A stretch of DNA of 64,000 nucleotides from contig OZ059895.1 in the NCBI GenBank assembly GCA_964057225.1, positions 11,284,001 through 11,348,000 of the forward strand, given 5' to 3'. This document shows, piece by piece, positions 1 to 13,200 of the stretch; positions within the stretch are counted from its first letter, which is position 1; every line of letters starts with the position of its first letter. Position numbers and translations under genes: made by a program. Below the pieces are notes generated by a model. The model was not told the origin of the DNA and did not search any database. It saw only the letters and a list, made by a program, of their open reading frames with translations. This DNA comes from Auanema rhodensis (Eukaryota > Animalia > Nematoda).

Positions 1-3000
1 AGCTCAACCCAAGGCAGCAAATTATCTTCAATCTTATTTCTATCTTACAGATATAAACCAGTAGTTAATGAACCATCATCTTACCTTTACTGTTTCTATC
101 TATTTCCTATCGAAAGAAACATTGTTTAAACACTATACAACTGTGAAGCCTTTTTTAATTTCTTGTATTTGGAGCTCATAAGATTTGATATCATCGAGGG
201 ATCCAGATAGAACGTGAAAAATTACGTAACTAACATGAAATTGAAAACAACTATAACGAGGATAAGTATGTGAATCATTGAATATGAGATATTTTCGCTT
301 AGGACCATACCACGTTGAAAGTTCGCCATGCAGCTGATTTTCAATTTTAACTCTTTTGTAACAAATGTTTTCAATTTTCAAGCAGTTTTACTCAGATAGC
401 TTAACCCAAGGCAGCAAATTATCTTCAATATTATTTCTATCTTACAGTTATAAACCAATAGTTAATGAACCATCATCTTACCTTTACTGTTTCTATCTAT
501 TTCCTATCGAAAGCAACTTTGTTCAAACACTATACAACTGTGAAACCTTTTTTAATTTCTTGTATTTGGAGCTCATAAGATTTGATATCATCGAGGGATC
601 CAGATAGAACGTGGAAAATTACATAACTAACATGAAATTGGGAAAAAATTATAACGAGGATAAGTATGTGAAACATTGAAAATCAGAAATTTTTGCTTAC
701 AACTATACCACGTTGTAAGTACGCCATGCCGCTGATTTTCAATTTTAACTCTTTTGTAACAAATGTTTTCAATTTTCAAGCAGTTTTACTTAGAGAGCTC
801 AACCCAAGGCAGCAACTTATCTTCAATATTATTTCTATCTTACAGTTATAAACCAATAGTTAATGAACCATCATCTTACCTTTACTGTTTCTATCTATTT
901 CCTATCGAAAGCAACTTTGTTCAAAAACTATACAACTGTGAAACCTTTTTTGATTTCTTGTATTTGGAGCTCATAAGATTTGATATCATCGAGGGATCCA
1001 GATAGAACGTGGAAAATTACATAACTAACATGAAATTGAAAAAAACTATAACGAGGATAAGTATGCGAAACATTGAATATCAGATATTTTCGCTTAGGAC
1101 CATACCACGTTGAAAGTACGCCATGCCGCTGATTTTCAATTTTAACTCTTCTGTAACAAATGTTTTCAATTTTCAAGCAGTTTTACTTAGATAGCTCAAC
1201 CCAAGGCAGCAAATTATCTTCAATCTTATTTCTATCTTACAGATATAAACCAGTAGTTAATGAACCATCATCTTACCTTTACTGTTTCTATCTATTTCCT
1301 ATCGAAAGCAACTTTGTTCAAACACTATACAACTGTGAAACCTTTTTTAATTTCTTGTATTTGGAGCTCATAAGATTTGATATCATCGAGGGATCCAGAT
1401 AGAACGTGGAAAATTACATAACTAACATGAAATTGGGAAAAAATTATAACGAGGATAAGTATGTGAAACATTGAATATCAGATATTTTTGCTTACAACTA
1501 TACCACGTTGTAAGTACGCCATGCCGCTGATTTTCAATTTTAACTCTTTTGTAACAAATGTTTTCAATTTTCAAGCAGTTTTACTTAGATAGCTCAACCC
1601 AAGGCAGCAATTTATCTTCAATATTATTTCTATCTTACAGTTATAAACCAATAGTTAATGAACCATCATCTTACCTTTACTGTTTCTATATATTTCCTAT
1701 CGAAAGCAACTTTGTTCAAAAACTATACAACTGTGAAACCTTTTTTGATTTCTTGTATTTGGAGCTCATAAGATTTGATATCATCGAGGGATCCAGATAG
1801 AACGTGGAAAATTACATAACTAACATGAAATTGAAAAAAACTATAACGAGGATAAGTATGTGAAACATAGAATATCAGATATTTTTGCTTACAACTATAC
1901 CACGTTGTAAGTACGCCATGCCGCTGATTTTCAATTTTAACTCTTTTGTAACAAATGTTTTCAATTTTCAAGCAGTTTTACTTAGATAGCTCAACCCAAG
2001 GCAGCAATTTATCTTCAATATTATTTCTATCTTACAGTTATAAACCAATAGTTAATGAACCATCATCTTACCTTTACTGTTTCTATCTATTTCCTATCGA
2101 AAGCAACTTTGTTCAAAAACTATACAACTGTGAAACCTTTTTTGATTTCTTGTATTTGGAGCTCATAAGATTTGATACCATCGAGGGATCCAGATAGAAC
2201 GTGGAAAATTACATAACTAACATGAAATTGAAAAAAACTATAACGAGGATAAGTATGCGAAACATTGAATATCAGATATTTTCGCTTAGGACCATACCAC
2301 GTTGAAAGTACGCCATGCCGCTGATTTTCAATTTTAACTCTTCTGTAACAAATGTTTTCAATTTTCAAGCAGTTTTACTTAGATAGCTCAACCCAAGGCA
2401 GCAAATTATCTTCAATCTTATTTCTATCTTACAGATATAAACCAGTAGTTAATGAACCATCATCTTACCTTTACTGTTTCTATCTATTTCCTATCGAAAG
2501 AAACATTGTTTAAACACTATACAACTGTGAAGCCTTTTTTAATTTCTTGTATTTGGAGCTCATAAGATTTGATATCATCGAGGGATCCAGATAGAACGTG
2601 AAAAATTACGTAACTAACATGAAAGTGGAAAAAACTATAACTAGGATAAGTATGTGAATCATTGAATATCAGATATTTTCGCTTACGACCATACCACGTT
2701 GAAAGTACGCCATGCCGCTGATTTTCAATTTTAACTCTTCTGTAACAAATGTTTTCAATTTCCAAGCAGTTTTACTTAGATAGCTCAACCCAAGGCAGCA
2801 ATTTATCTTCAATCTTATTTCTATCTTACAGTTATAAACCATTAGTTAATGAACCATCATCTTACCTTCACTGTTTCTATCTATTTTCTATCAAAAGAAA
2901 CATTGTTTAAACACTATACAACTGTGAAACCTTTTTTAATTTCTTGTATTTGGAGCTCAAAAGATTTGATATCATTGAGGGACCCAGATAGAACGTGGAA

Positions 3001-3145
3001 AATTACGTAACTAACATGAAATTGGAAAAAACTATAACGAGGATAAGTATGTGAATCATTGAATATCAGATATTTTCGCTTAGGACCATACCACGTTGAA
3101 AGTACGCCATGCCGCTGATTTTCGATTTTAACTCTTTTGTAACAA

Positions 3146-6100
3146 ATGTTTTCAATTTTCAAGCAGTTTTACTTAGATAGCTCAACCCAAGGCAGCAATT
3201 TATCTTCAATATTATTTCTATCTTACAGTTATAAACCAATAGTTAATGAACCATCATCTTACCTTTACTGTTTCTATCTATTTCCGATCGAAAGAAACAT
3301 TGTTTAAACACTATACAACTGTGAAGCCTTTTTTAATTTCTTGTATTTGGAGCTCATAAGATTTGATATCATCGAGGGATCCAGATAGAACGTGAAAAAT
3401 TAAGTAACTAACATGAAATTGGAAACAACTATAACGAGGATAAGTATGTGAATCATTGAATATCAGATATTTTCGCTTAGGACCATACCACGTTGAAAGT
3501 TCGCCATGCAGCTGATTTTCAATTTTAACTCTTTTGTAACAAATGTTTTCAATTTTCAAGCAGTTTTACTCAGATAGCTTAACCCAAGGCAGCAAATTAT
3601 CTTCAATATTATTTCTATTTTACAGTTATAAACCAATAGTTAATGAACCATCATCTTACCTTTACTGTTTCTATCTATTTCCTATCGAAAGCAACTTTGT
3701 TCAAACACTATACAACTGTGAAACCTTTTTTAATTTCTTGTATTTGGAGCTCATGAGATTTGATATCATCGAGGGATCCAGATAGAACGTGGAAAATTAC
3801 ATAACTAACATGAAATTGGGAAAAAATTATAACGAGGATAAGTATGTGAAACATTGAATATCAGATATTTTTGCTTACAACTATACCACGTTGTAAGTAC
3901 GCCATGCCGCTGATTTTCAATTTTAACTCTTTTGTAACAAATGTTTTCAATTTTCAAGCAGTTTTACTTAGATAGCTCAACCCAAGGCAGCAATTTATCT
4001 TCAATATTATTTCTATCTTACAGTTATAAACCAATAGTTAATGAACCATCATCTTACCTTTACTGTTTCTATCTATTTCCTATCGAAAGCAACTTTGTTC
4101 AAAAACTATACAACTGTGAAACCTTTTTTGATTTCTTGTATTTGGAGCTCATAAGATTTGATATCATCGAGGGATCCAGATAGAACGTGGAAAATTACAT
4201 AACTAACATGAAATTGAAAACAACTATAACGAGGATAAGTATGTGAAACATTGAATATCAGATATTTTTGCTTACAACTATACCACGTTGTAAGTACGCC
4301 ATGCCGCTGATTTTCAATTTTAACTCTTTTGTAACAAATGTTTTCAATTTTCAAGCAGTTTTACTCAGATAGCTCAACCCAAGGCAGCAATTTATCTTCA
4401 ATATTATTTCTATCTTACAGTTATAAACCAATAGTTAATGAACCATCATCTTACCTTTACTGTTTCTATCTATTTCCTATCGAAAGAAACATTGTTTAAA
4501 CACTATACAACTGTAAAGCCTTTTTTAATTTCTTGTATTTGGAGCTCATAAGATTTGATATCATCGAGGGATCCAGATAGAACGTGAAAAATTACGTAAC
4601 TAACATGAAATTGGAAAAAACTATAACGAGGATAAGTATGTGAATCATTGAATATCAAATATTTTCGCTTAGGACCATACCACGTTGAAAGTTCGCCATG
4701 CCGCTGATTTTCAATTTTAACTCTTTTGTAACAAATGTTTTCAATTTTCAAGCAGTTTTACTCAGATAGCTTAACCCAAGGCAGCAAATTATCTTTAATA
4801 TTATTTCTATCTTACAGTTATAAACCAATAGTTAATGAACCATCATCTTACCTTTACTGTTTCTATCTATTTCCTATCAAAAGCAACTTTGTTCAAACAC
4901 TATACAACTGTGAAACCTTTTTTAATTTCTTGTATTTGGAGCTCATAAGATTTGATATCATCGAGGGATCCAGATAGAACGTGGAAAATTACATAACTAA
5001 CATGAAATTGGGAAAAAATTATAACGAGGATAAGTATGTGAAACATTGAATATCAGATATTTTCGCTTAGGACCATACCACGTTAAAAGTACGCCATGCC
5101 GCTGATTTTCGATTTTAACTCTTTTGTAACAAATGTTTTCAATTTTCAAGCAGTTTTACTTAGATAGCTCAACCCATGGCAGCAAATTATCTTTAATATT
5201 ATTTCTATCTTACAGTTATAAACCAATAGTTAATGAACCATCATCTTACCTTTACTGTTTCTATCTATTTCCTATCGAAAGAAACATTGTTTAAACACTA
5301 TACAACTGTAAAGCCTTTTTTAATTTCTTGTATTTGGAGCTCATAAGATTTGATATCATCGAGGGATCCAGATAGAACGTGAAAAATTACGTAACTAACA
5401 TGAAATTGGAAAAAACTATAACTAGGATAAGTATGTGAATCATTGAATATCAGATATTTTCGCTTAGGACCATACCACGTTGAAAGTTCGCCATGCCGCT
5501 GATTTTCAATTTTAACTCTTTTGTAACAAATGTTTTCAATTTTCAAGCAGTTTTACTCAGATAGCTTAACCCAAGGCAGCAAATTATCTTTAATATTATT
5601 TCTATCTTACAGTTATAAACCAATAGTTAATGAACCATCATCTTACCTTTACTGTTTCTATCTATTTCCTATCAAAAGCAACTTTGTTCAAACACTATAC
5701 AACTGTGAAACCTTTTTTAATTTCTTGTATTTGGAGCTCATAAGATTTGATATCATCGAGGGATCCAGATAGAACGTGGAAAATTACATAACTAACATGA
5801 AATTGGGAAAAAATTATAACGAGGATAAGTATGTGAAACATTGAATATCAGATATTTTCGCTTAGGACCATACCACGTTAAAAGTACGCCATGCCGCTGA
5901 TTTTCGATTTTAACTCTTTTGTAACAAATGTTTTCAATTTTCAAGCAGTTTTACTTAGATAGCTCAACCCATGGCAGCAAATTATCTTCAATATTATTTC
6001 TATCTTACAGTTATAAACCAATAGTTAATGAACCATCATCTTACCTTTACTGTTTCTATCTATTTCCTATCGAAAGAAACATTGTTTAAACACTATACAA

Positions 6101-9100
6101 CTGTAAAGCCTTTTTTAATTTCTTGTATTTGGAGCTCATAAGATTTGATATCATCGAGGGATCCAGATAGAACGTGAAAAATTACGTAACTAACATGAAA
6201 TTGGAAAAAACTATAACTAGGATAAGTATGTGAATCATTGAATATCAGATATTTTCGCTTAGGACCATACCACGTTGAAAGTTCGCCATGCCGCTGATTT
6301 TCAATTTTAACTCTTTTGTAACAAATGTTTTCAATTTTCAAGCAGTTTTACTCAGATAGCTTAACCCAAGGCAGCAAATTATCTTTAATATTATTTCTAT
6401 CTTACAGTTATAAACCAATAGTTAATGAACCATCATCTTACCTTTACTGTTTCTATCTATTTCCTATCAAAAGCAACTTTGTTCAAACACTATACAACTG
6501 TGAAACCTTTTTTAATTTCTTGTATTTGGAGCTCATAAGATTTGATATCATCGAGGGATCCAGATAGAACGTGGAAAATTACATAACTAACATGAAATTG
6601 GGAAAAAATTATAACGAGGATAAGTATGTGAAACATTGAATATCAGATTTTTACGCTTAGGACCATACCACGTTAAAAGTACGCCATGCCGCTGATTTTC
6701 GATTTTAACTCTTTTGTAACAAATGTTTTCAATTTTCAAGCAGTTTTACTTAGATAGCTCAACCCAAGGCAGCAATTTATCTTCAATATTATTTCTATCT
6801 TACAGTTATAAACCAATAGTTAATGAACCATCATCTTACCTTTACTGTTTCTATCTATTTCCGATCGAAAGAAACATTGTTTAAACACTATACAACTGTG
6901 AAGCCTTTTTTAATTTCTTGTATTTGGAGCTCATAAGATTTGATATCATCGAGGGATCCAGATAGAACGTGAAAAATTAAGTAACTAACATGAAATTGGA
7001 AACAACTATAACGAGGATAAGTATGTGAATCATTGAATATCAGATATTTTCGCTTAGGACCATACCACGTTGAAAGTTCGCCATGCAGCTGATTTTCAAT
7101 TTTAACTCTTTTGTAACAAATGTTTTCAATTTTCAAGCAGTTTTACTCAGATAGCTTAACCCAAGGCAGCAAATTATCTTCAATATTATTTCTATTTTAC
7201 AGTTATAAACCAATAGTTAATGAACCATCATCTTACCTTTACTGTTTCTATCTATTTCCTATCGAAAGCAACTTTGTTCAAACACTATACAACTGTGAAA
7301 CCTTTTTTAATTTCTTGTATTTGGAGCTCATGAGATTTGATATCATCGAGGGATCCAGATAGAACGTGGAAAATTACATAACTAACATGAAATTGGGAAA
7401 AAATTATAACGAGGATAAGTATGTGAAACATTGAATATCAGATATTTTTGCTTACAACTATACCACGTTGTAAGTACGCCATGCCGCTGATTTTCAATTT
7501 TAACTCTTTTGTAACAAATGTTTTCAATTTTCAAGCAGTTTTACTTAGATAGCTCAACCCAAGGCAGCAATTTATCTTCAATATTATTTCTATCTTACAG
7601 TTATAAACCAATAGTTAATGAACCATCATCTTACCTTTACTGTTTCTATCTATTTCCTATCGAAAGCAACTTTGTTCAAAAACTATACAACTGTGAAACC
7701 TTTTTTGATTTCTTGTATTTGGAGCTCATAAGATTTGATATCATCGAGGGATCCAGATAGAACGTGGAAAATTACATAACTAACATGAAATTGAAAACAA
7801 CTATAACGAGGATAAGTATGTGAAACATTGAATATCAGATATTTTTGCTTACAACTATACCACGTTGTAAGTACGCCATGCCGCTGATTTTCAATTTTAA
7901 CTCTTTTGTAACAAATGTTTTCAATTTTCAAGCAGTTTTACTCAGATAGCTCAACCCAAGGCAGCAATTTATCTTCAATATTATTTCTATCTTACAGTTA
8001 TAAACCAATAGTTAATGAACCATCATCTTACCTTTACTGTTTCTATCTATTTCCTATCGAAAGAAACATTGTTTAAACACTATACAACTGTAAAGCCTTT
8101 TTTAATTTCTTGTATTTGGAGCTCATAAGATTTGATATCATCGAGGGATCCAGATAGAACGTGAAAAATTACGTAACTAACATGAAATTGGAAAAAACTA
8201 TAACGAGGATAAGTATGTGAATCATTGAATATCAAATATTTTCGCTTAGGACCATACCACGTTGAAAGTTCGCCATGCCGCTGATTTTCAATTTTAACTC
8301 TTTTGTAACAAATGTTTTCAATTTTCAAGCAGTTTTACTCAGATAGCTTAACCCAAGGCAGCAAATTATCTTTAATATTATTTCTATCTTACAGTTATAA
8401 ACCAATAGTTAATGAACCATCATCTTACCTTTACTGTTTCTATCTATTTCCTATCAAAAGCAACTTTGTTCAAACACTATACAACTGTGAAACCTTTTTT
8501 AATTTCTTGTATTTGGAGCTCATAAGATTTGATATCATCGAGGGATCCAGATAGAACGTGGAAAATTACATAACTAACATGAAATTGGGAAAAAATTATA
8601 ACGAGGATAAGTATGTGAAACATTGAATATCAGATATTTTCGCTTAGGACCATACCACGTTAAAAGTACGCCATGCCGCTGATTTTCGATTTTAACTCTT
8701 TTGTAACAAATGTTTTCAATTTTCAAGCAGTTTTACTTAGATAGCTCAACCCATGGCAGCAAATTATCTTTAATATTATTTCTATCTTACAGTTATAAAC
8801 CAATAGTTAATGAACCATCATCTTACCTTTACTGTTTCTATCTATTTCCTATCGAAAGAAACATTGTTTAAACACTATACAACTGTAAAGCCTTTTTTAA
8901 TTTCTTGTATTTGGAGCTCATAAGATTTGATATCATCGAGGGATCCAGATAGAACGTGAAAAATTACGTAACTAACATGAAATTGGAAAAAACTATAACT
9001 AGGATAAGTATGTGAATCATTGAATATCAGATATTTTCGCTTAGGACCATACCACGTTGAAAGTTCGCCATGCCGCTGATTTTCAATTTTAACTCTTTTG

Positions 9101-10299
9101 TAACAAATGTTTTCAATTTTCAAGCAGTTTTACTCAGATAGCTTAACCCAAGGCAGCAAATTATCTTTAATATTATTTCTATCTTACAGTTATAAACCAA
9201 TAGTTAATGAACCATCATCTTACCTTTACTGTTTCTATCTATTTCCTATCAAAAGCAACTTTGTTCAAACACTATACAACTGTGAAACCTTTTTTAATTT
9301 CTTGTATTTGGAGCTCATAAGATTTGATATCATCGAGGGATCCAGATAGAACGTGGAAAATTACATAACTAACATGAAATTGGGAAAAAATTATAACGAG
9401 GATAAGTATGTGAAACATTGAATATCAGATATTTTCGCTTAGGACCATACCACGTTAAAAGTACGCCATGCCGCTGATTTTCGATTTTAACTCTTTTGTA
9501 ACAAATGTTTTCAATTTTCAAGCAGTTTTACTTAGATAGCTCAACCCATGGCAGCAAATTATCTTCAATATTATTTCTATCTTACAGTTATAAACCAATA
9601 GTTAATGAACCATCATCTTACCTTTACTGTTTCTATCTATTTCCTATCGAAAGAAACATTGTTTAAACACTATACAACTGTAAAGCCTTTTTTAATTTCT
9701 TGTATTTGGAGCTCATAAGATTTGATATCATCGAGGGATCCAGATAGAACGTGAAAAATTACGTAACTAACATGAAATTGGAAAAAACTATAACTAGGAT
9801 AAGTATGTGAATCATTGAATATCAGATATTTTCGCTTAGGACCATACCACGTTGAAAGTTCGCCATGCCGCTGATTTTCAATTTTAACTCTTTTGTAACA
9901 AATGTTTTCAATTTTCAAGCAGTTTTACTCAGATAGCTTAACCCAAGGCAGCAAATTATCTTTAATATTATTTCTATCTTACAGTTATAAACCAATAGTT
10001 AATGAACCATCATCTTACCTTTACTGTTTCTATCTATTTCCTATCAAAAGCAACTTTGTTCAAACACTATACAACTGTGAAACCTTTTTTAATTTCTTGT
10101 ATTTGGAGCTCATAAGATTTGATATCATCGAGGGATCCAGATAGAACGTGGAAAATTACATAACTAACATGAAATTGGGAAAAAATTATAACGAGGATAA
10201 GTATGTGAAACATTGAATATCAGATTTTTACGCTTAGGACCATACCACGTTAAAAGTACGCCATGCCGCTGATTTTCGATTTTAACTCTTTTGTAACAA
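3146..10299 (+). repeat. Higher-order repeat: two copies of a 9-monomer unit (3577 bp), each containing a ~795-bp dimer three times
   Basis: Private variants recur at +3577: ccgatcg (monomers 3146/6723), ctattttac and ctcatgaga (3543/7120), cagatttttacgc (6325/9902). ORF starts 3941/7518, 4735/8312 and 5530/9107 also pair. Confidence 0.92.
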
Positions 10300-13200
10300 A
10301 TGTTTTCAATTTTCAAGCAGTTTTACTTAGATAGCTCAACCCAAGGCAGCAATTTATCTTCAATATTATTTCTATCTTACAGTTATAAACCAATAGTTAA
10401 TGAACCATCATCTTACTTTTACTAATTCTATCTATTTCCTATCGAAAGCAACTTTGTTCAAAAACTATACAACTGTGAAACCTTTTTTAATTTCTTGTAT
10501 TTGGAGCTCATAAGATTTGATATCATCGAGGGATCCAGATAGAACGTGGAAAATTACATAACTAACATGAAATTGAAAAAAACTATAACGAGGATAAGTA
10601 TGTTAATCATTGAATATCAGATATTTTCGCTTAGGACCATACCACGTTGAAAGTACGCCATGCCGCTGATTTTCAATTTTAACTCTTTTGTAACAAATGT
10701 TTTCAATTTTCAAGCAGTTTTACTCAGATAGCCTAACCCAAGGCAGTAAATTATCTTCAATATTATTTCTATCTTACAGTTATAAACCAATAGTTAATGA
10801 ACCATCATCTTACCTTTACTGTTTCTATCTATTTCCTATCGAAAGCAACTTTGTTCAAAAACTATACAACTGTGAAACCTTTTTTAATTTCTTGTATTTG
10901 GAGCTCTTAAGATTTGATATCATTGAGGAATCCAGATAGAACGTGGAAAATTACGTAACTAACATGAAATTGGAAAAAACTATAACGAGGATAAATATGC
11001 GAAACATTGAATATCAGATATTTTTGCTTACAACTATACCACGTTGTAAGTACGCCATGCCGCTGATTTTCAATTTTAACTCTTTTGTAACAAATGTTTT
11101 CAATTTTCAAGCAGCTTTACTTAGATAGCTCAACCCAAGGCAGCAATTTATCTTCAATATTATTTCTATCTTACAGTTATAAACCAATAGTTAATGAACC
11201 ATCATCTTACCTTTACTGTTTCTATCTATTTCCTATCGAAAGCAACTTTGTTCAAACACTATACAACTGTGAAACCTTTTTTAATTTCTTGTATTTGGAG
11301 CTCATAAGATTTGATATCATTGAGGGATCCAGATAGAACGTGGAAAATTACGTAACAAACATGAAATTGGAAAAAACTATAACGAGGATAAGTATGTGAA
11401 TCATTGAATATCAAATATTTTCGCTTAGGACCATACCACGTTGAAAGTACGCCATGCCGCTGATTTTCAATTTTAACTCTTTTGTAACAAATGTTTTCAA
11501 TTTTCAAGCAGTTTTACTCAGATAGCTTAACCTTAGGCAGCAAATTATCTTCAATATTATTTCTATCTTACAGTTATAAACTAATAGTTAATGAACCATC
11601 ATCTTACCTTTACTGTTTCTATCTATTTTCTATCAGAACAAATATTGTTCAAACACTATACGACTGTGAAACCTTTTTTAATTTCTTGTATTTGGAGCTC
11701 AAAAGATTTGATATCATTGAGGGATCCAGATAGAACGTGGAAAATTACGTAACTAACATGAAATTGGAAAAAACTATAACGAGGATAAGTATGTGAATCA
11801 TTGAATATCAGATATTTTCGCTTACAACTATACCACGTTGTAAGTACGCCATGCCGCTGATTTTCAATTTTAACTCTTTTGTAACAAATGTTTTCAATTT
11901 TCAAGCAGCTTTACTTAGATAGCTCAACCCAAGGCAGCAATTTATCTTCAATATTATTTCTATCTTACAGTTATAAACCAATAGTTAATGAACCATCATC
12001 TTACCTTTACTGTTTCTATCTATTTCCTATCGAAAGCAACTTTGTTCAAACACTATACAACTGTGAAACCTTTTTTAATTTCTTGTATTTGGAGCTCATA
12101 AGATTTGATATCATTGAGGGATCCAGATAGAACGTGGAAAATTACGTAACAAACATGAAATTGGAAAAAACTATAACGAGGATAAGTATGTGAATCATTG
12201 AATATCAAATATTTTCGCTTAGGACCATACCACGTTGAAAGTACGCCATGCCGCTGATTTTCAATTTTAACTCTTTTGTAACAAATGTTTTCAATTTTCA
12301 AGCAGTTTTACTCAGATAGCTTAACCTTAGGCAGCAAATTATCTTCAATATTATTTCTATCTTACAGTTATAAACTAATAGTTAATGAACCATCATCTTA
12401 CCTTTACTGTTTCTATCTATTTTCTATCAGAACAAATATTGTTCAAACACTATACGACTGTGAAACCTTTTTTAATTTCTTGTATTTGGAGCTCAAAAGA
12501 TTTGATATCATTGAGGGATCCAGATAGAACGTGCAAAATTACGTAACTAACATGAAATTGGAAAAAACTATAACGAGGATAAGTATGTGAATCATTGAAT
12601 ATCAGATATTTTCGCTTAGGACCATACCACGTTGAAAGTACGCCTTGCCGCTGATTTTCAATTTTAACTCTTTTGTAACAATTGTTTTCAATTTTCAAGC
12701 AGTTTTACTCAGATAGCTTAACCCAAGGCAGCAAATTATCTTCAATATTATTTCTATCTTACAGTTATAAACCAATAGTTAATGAACCATCATCTTACCT
12801 TTACTGTTTCTATCTATTTCCTATCGAAAGCAACTTTGTTCAAACACTATACAACTGTGAAACCTTTTTTAATTTCTTGTATTTGGAGCTCATAAGATTT
12901 GATATCATCGAGGGATCCAGATAGAACGTGGAAAATTACATAACTAACATGAAATTGGAAAAAACTATAACGAGGATAAGTATGTGAATCATTGAATATC
13001 AGATATTTTCGCTTAGGACCATACCACGTTGAAAGTACGCCATGCCGCTGATTTTCAATTTTAACTCTTTTGTAACAAATGTTTTCAATTTTCAAGCAGT
13101 TTTACTCAGATAGCTTAACCCAAGGCAGCAAATTATCTTTAATATTATTTCTATCTTACAGTTATAAACCAATAGTTAATGAACCATCATCTTACCTTTA

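Noticed and set aside
423-720. Splice-like signals (tttctatcttacag acceptor, gtatgt/gtaagt donors, actaac branch-like motif) suggesting a repeated exon or spliced-leader RNA array
   Set aside because: The implied exon has stops in all three frames, the branch-like motif lies upstream of the donors rather than near the acceptor, gtaagt exists only in one allele, and I recognise no SL or Sm-site structure.
13005-13025. CENP-B box-like motif at tttcgcttaggaccata
   Set aside because: Only TTCG matches. The A and CGGG of the TTCG-N4-A-N2-CGGG core are missing.
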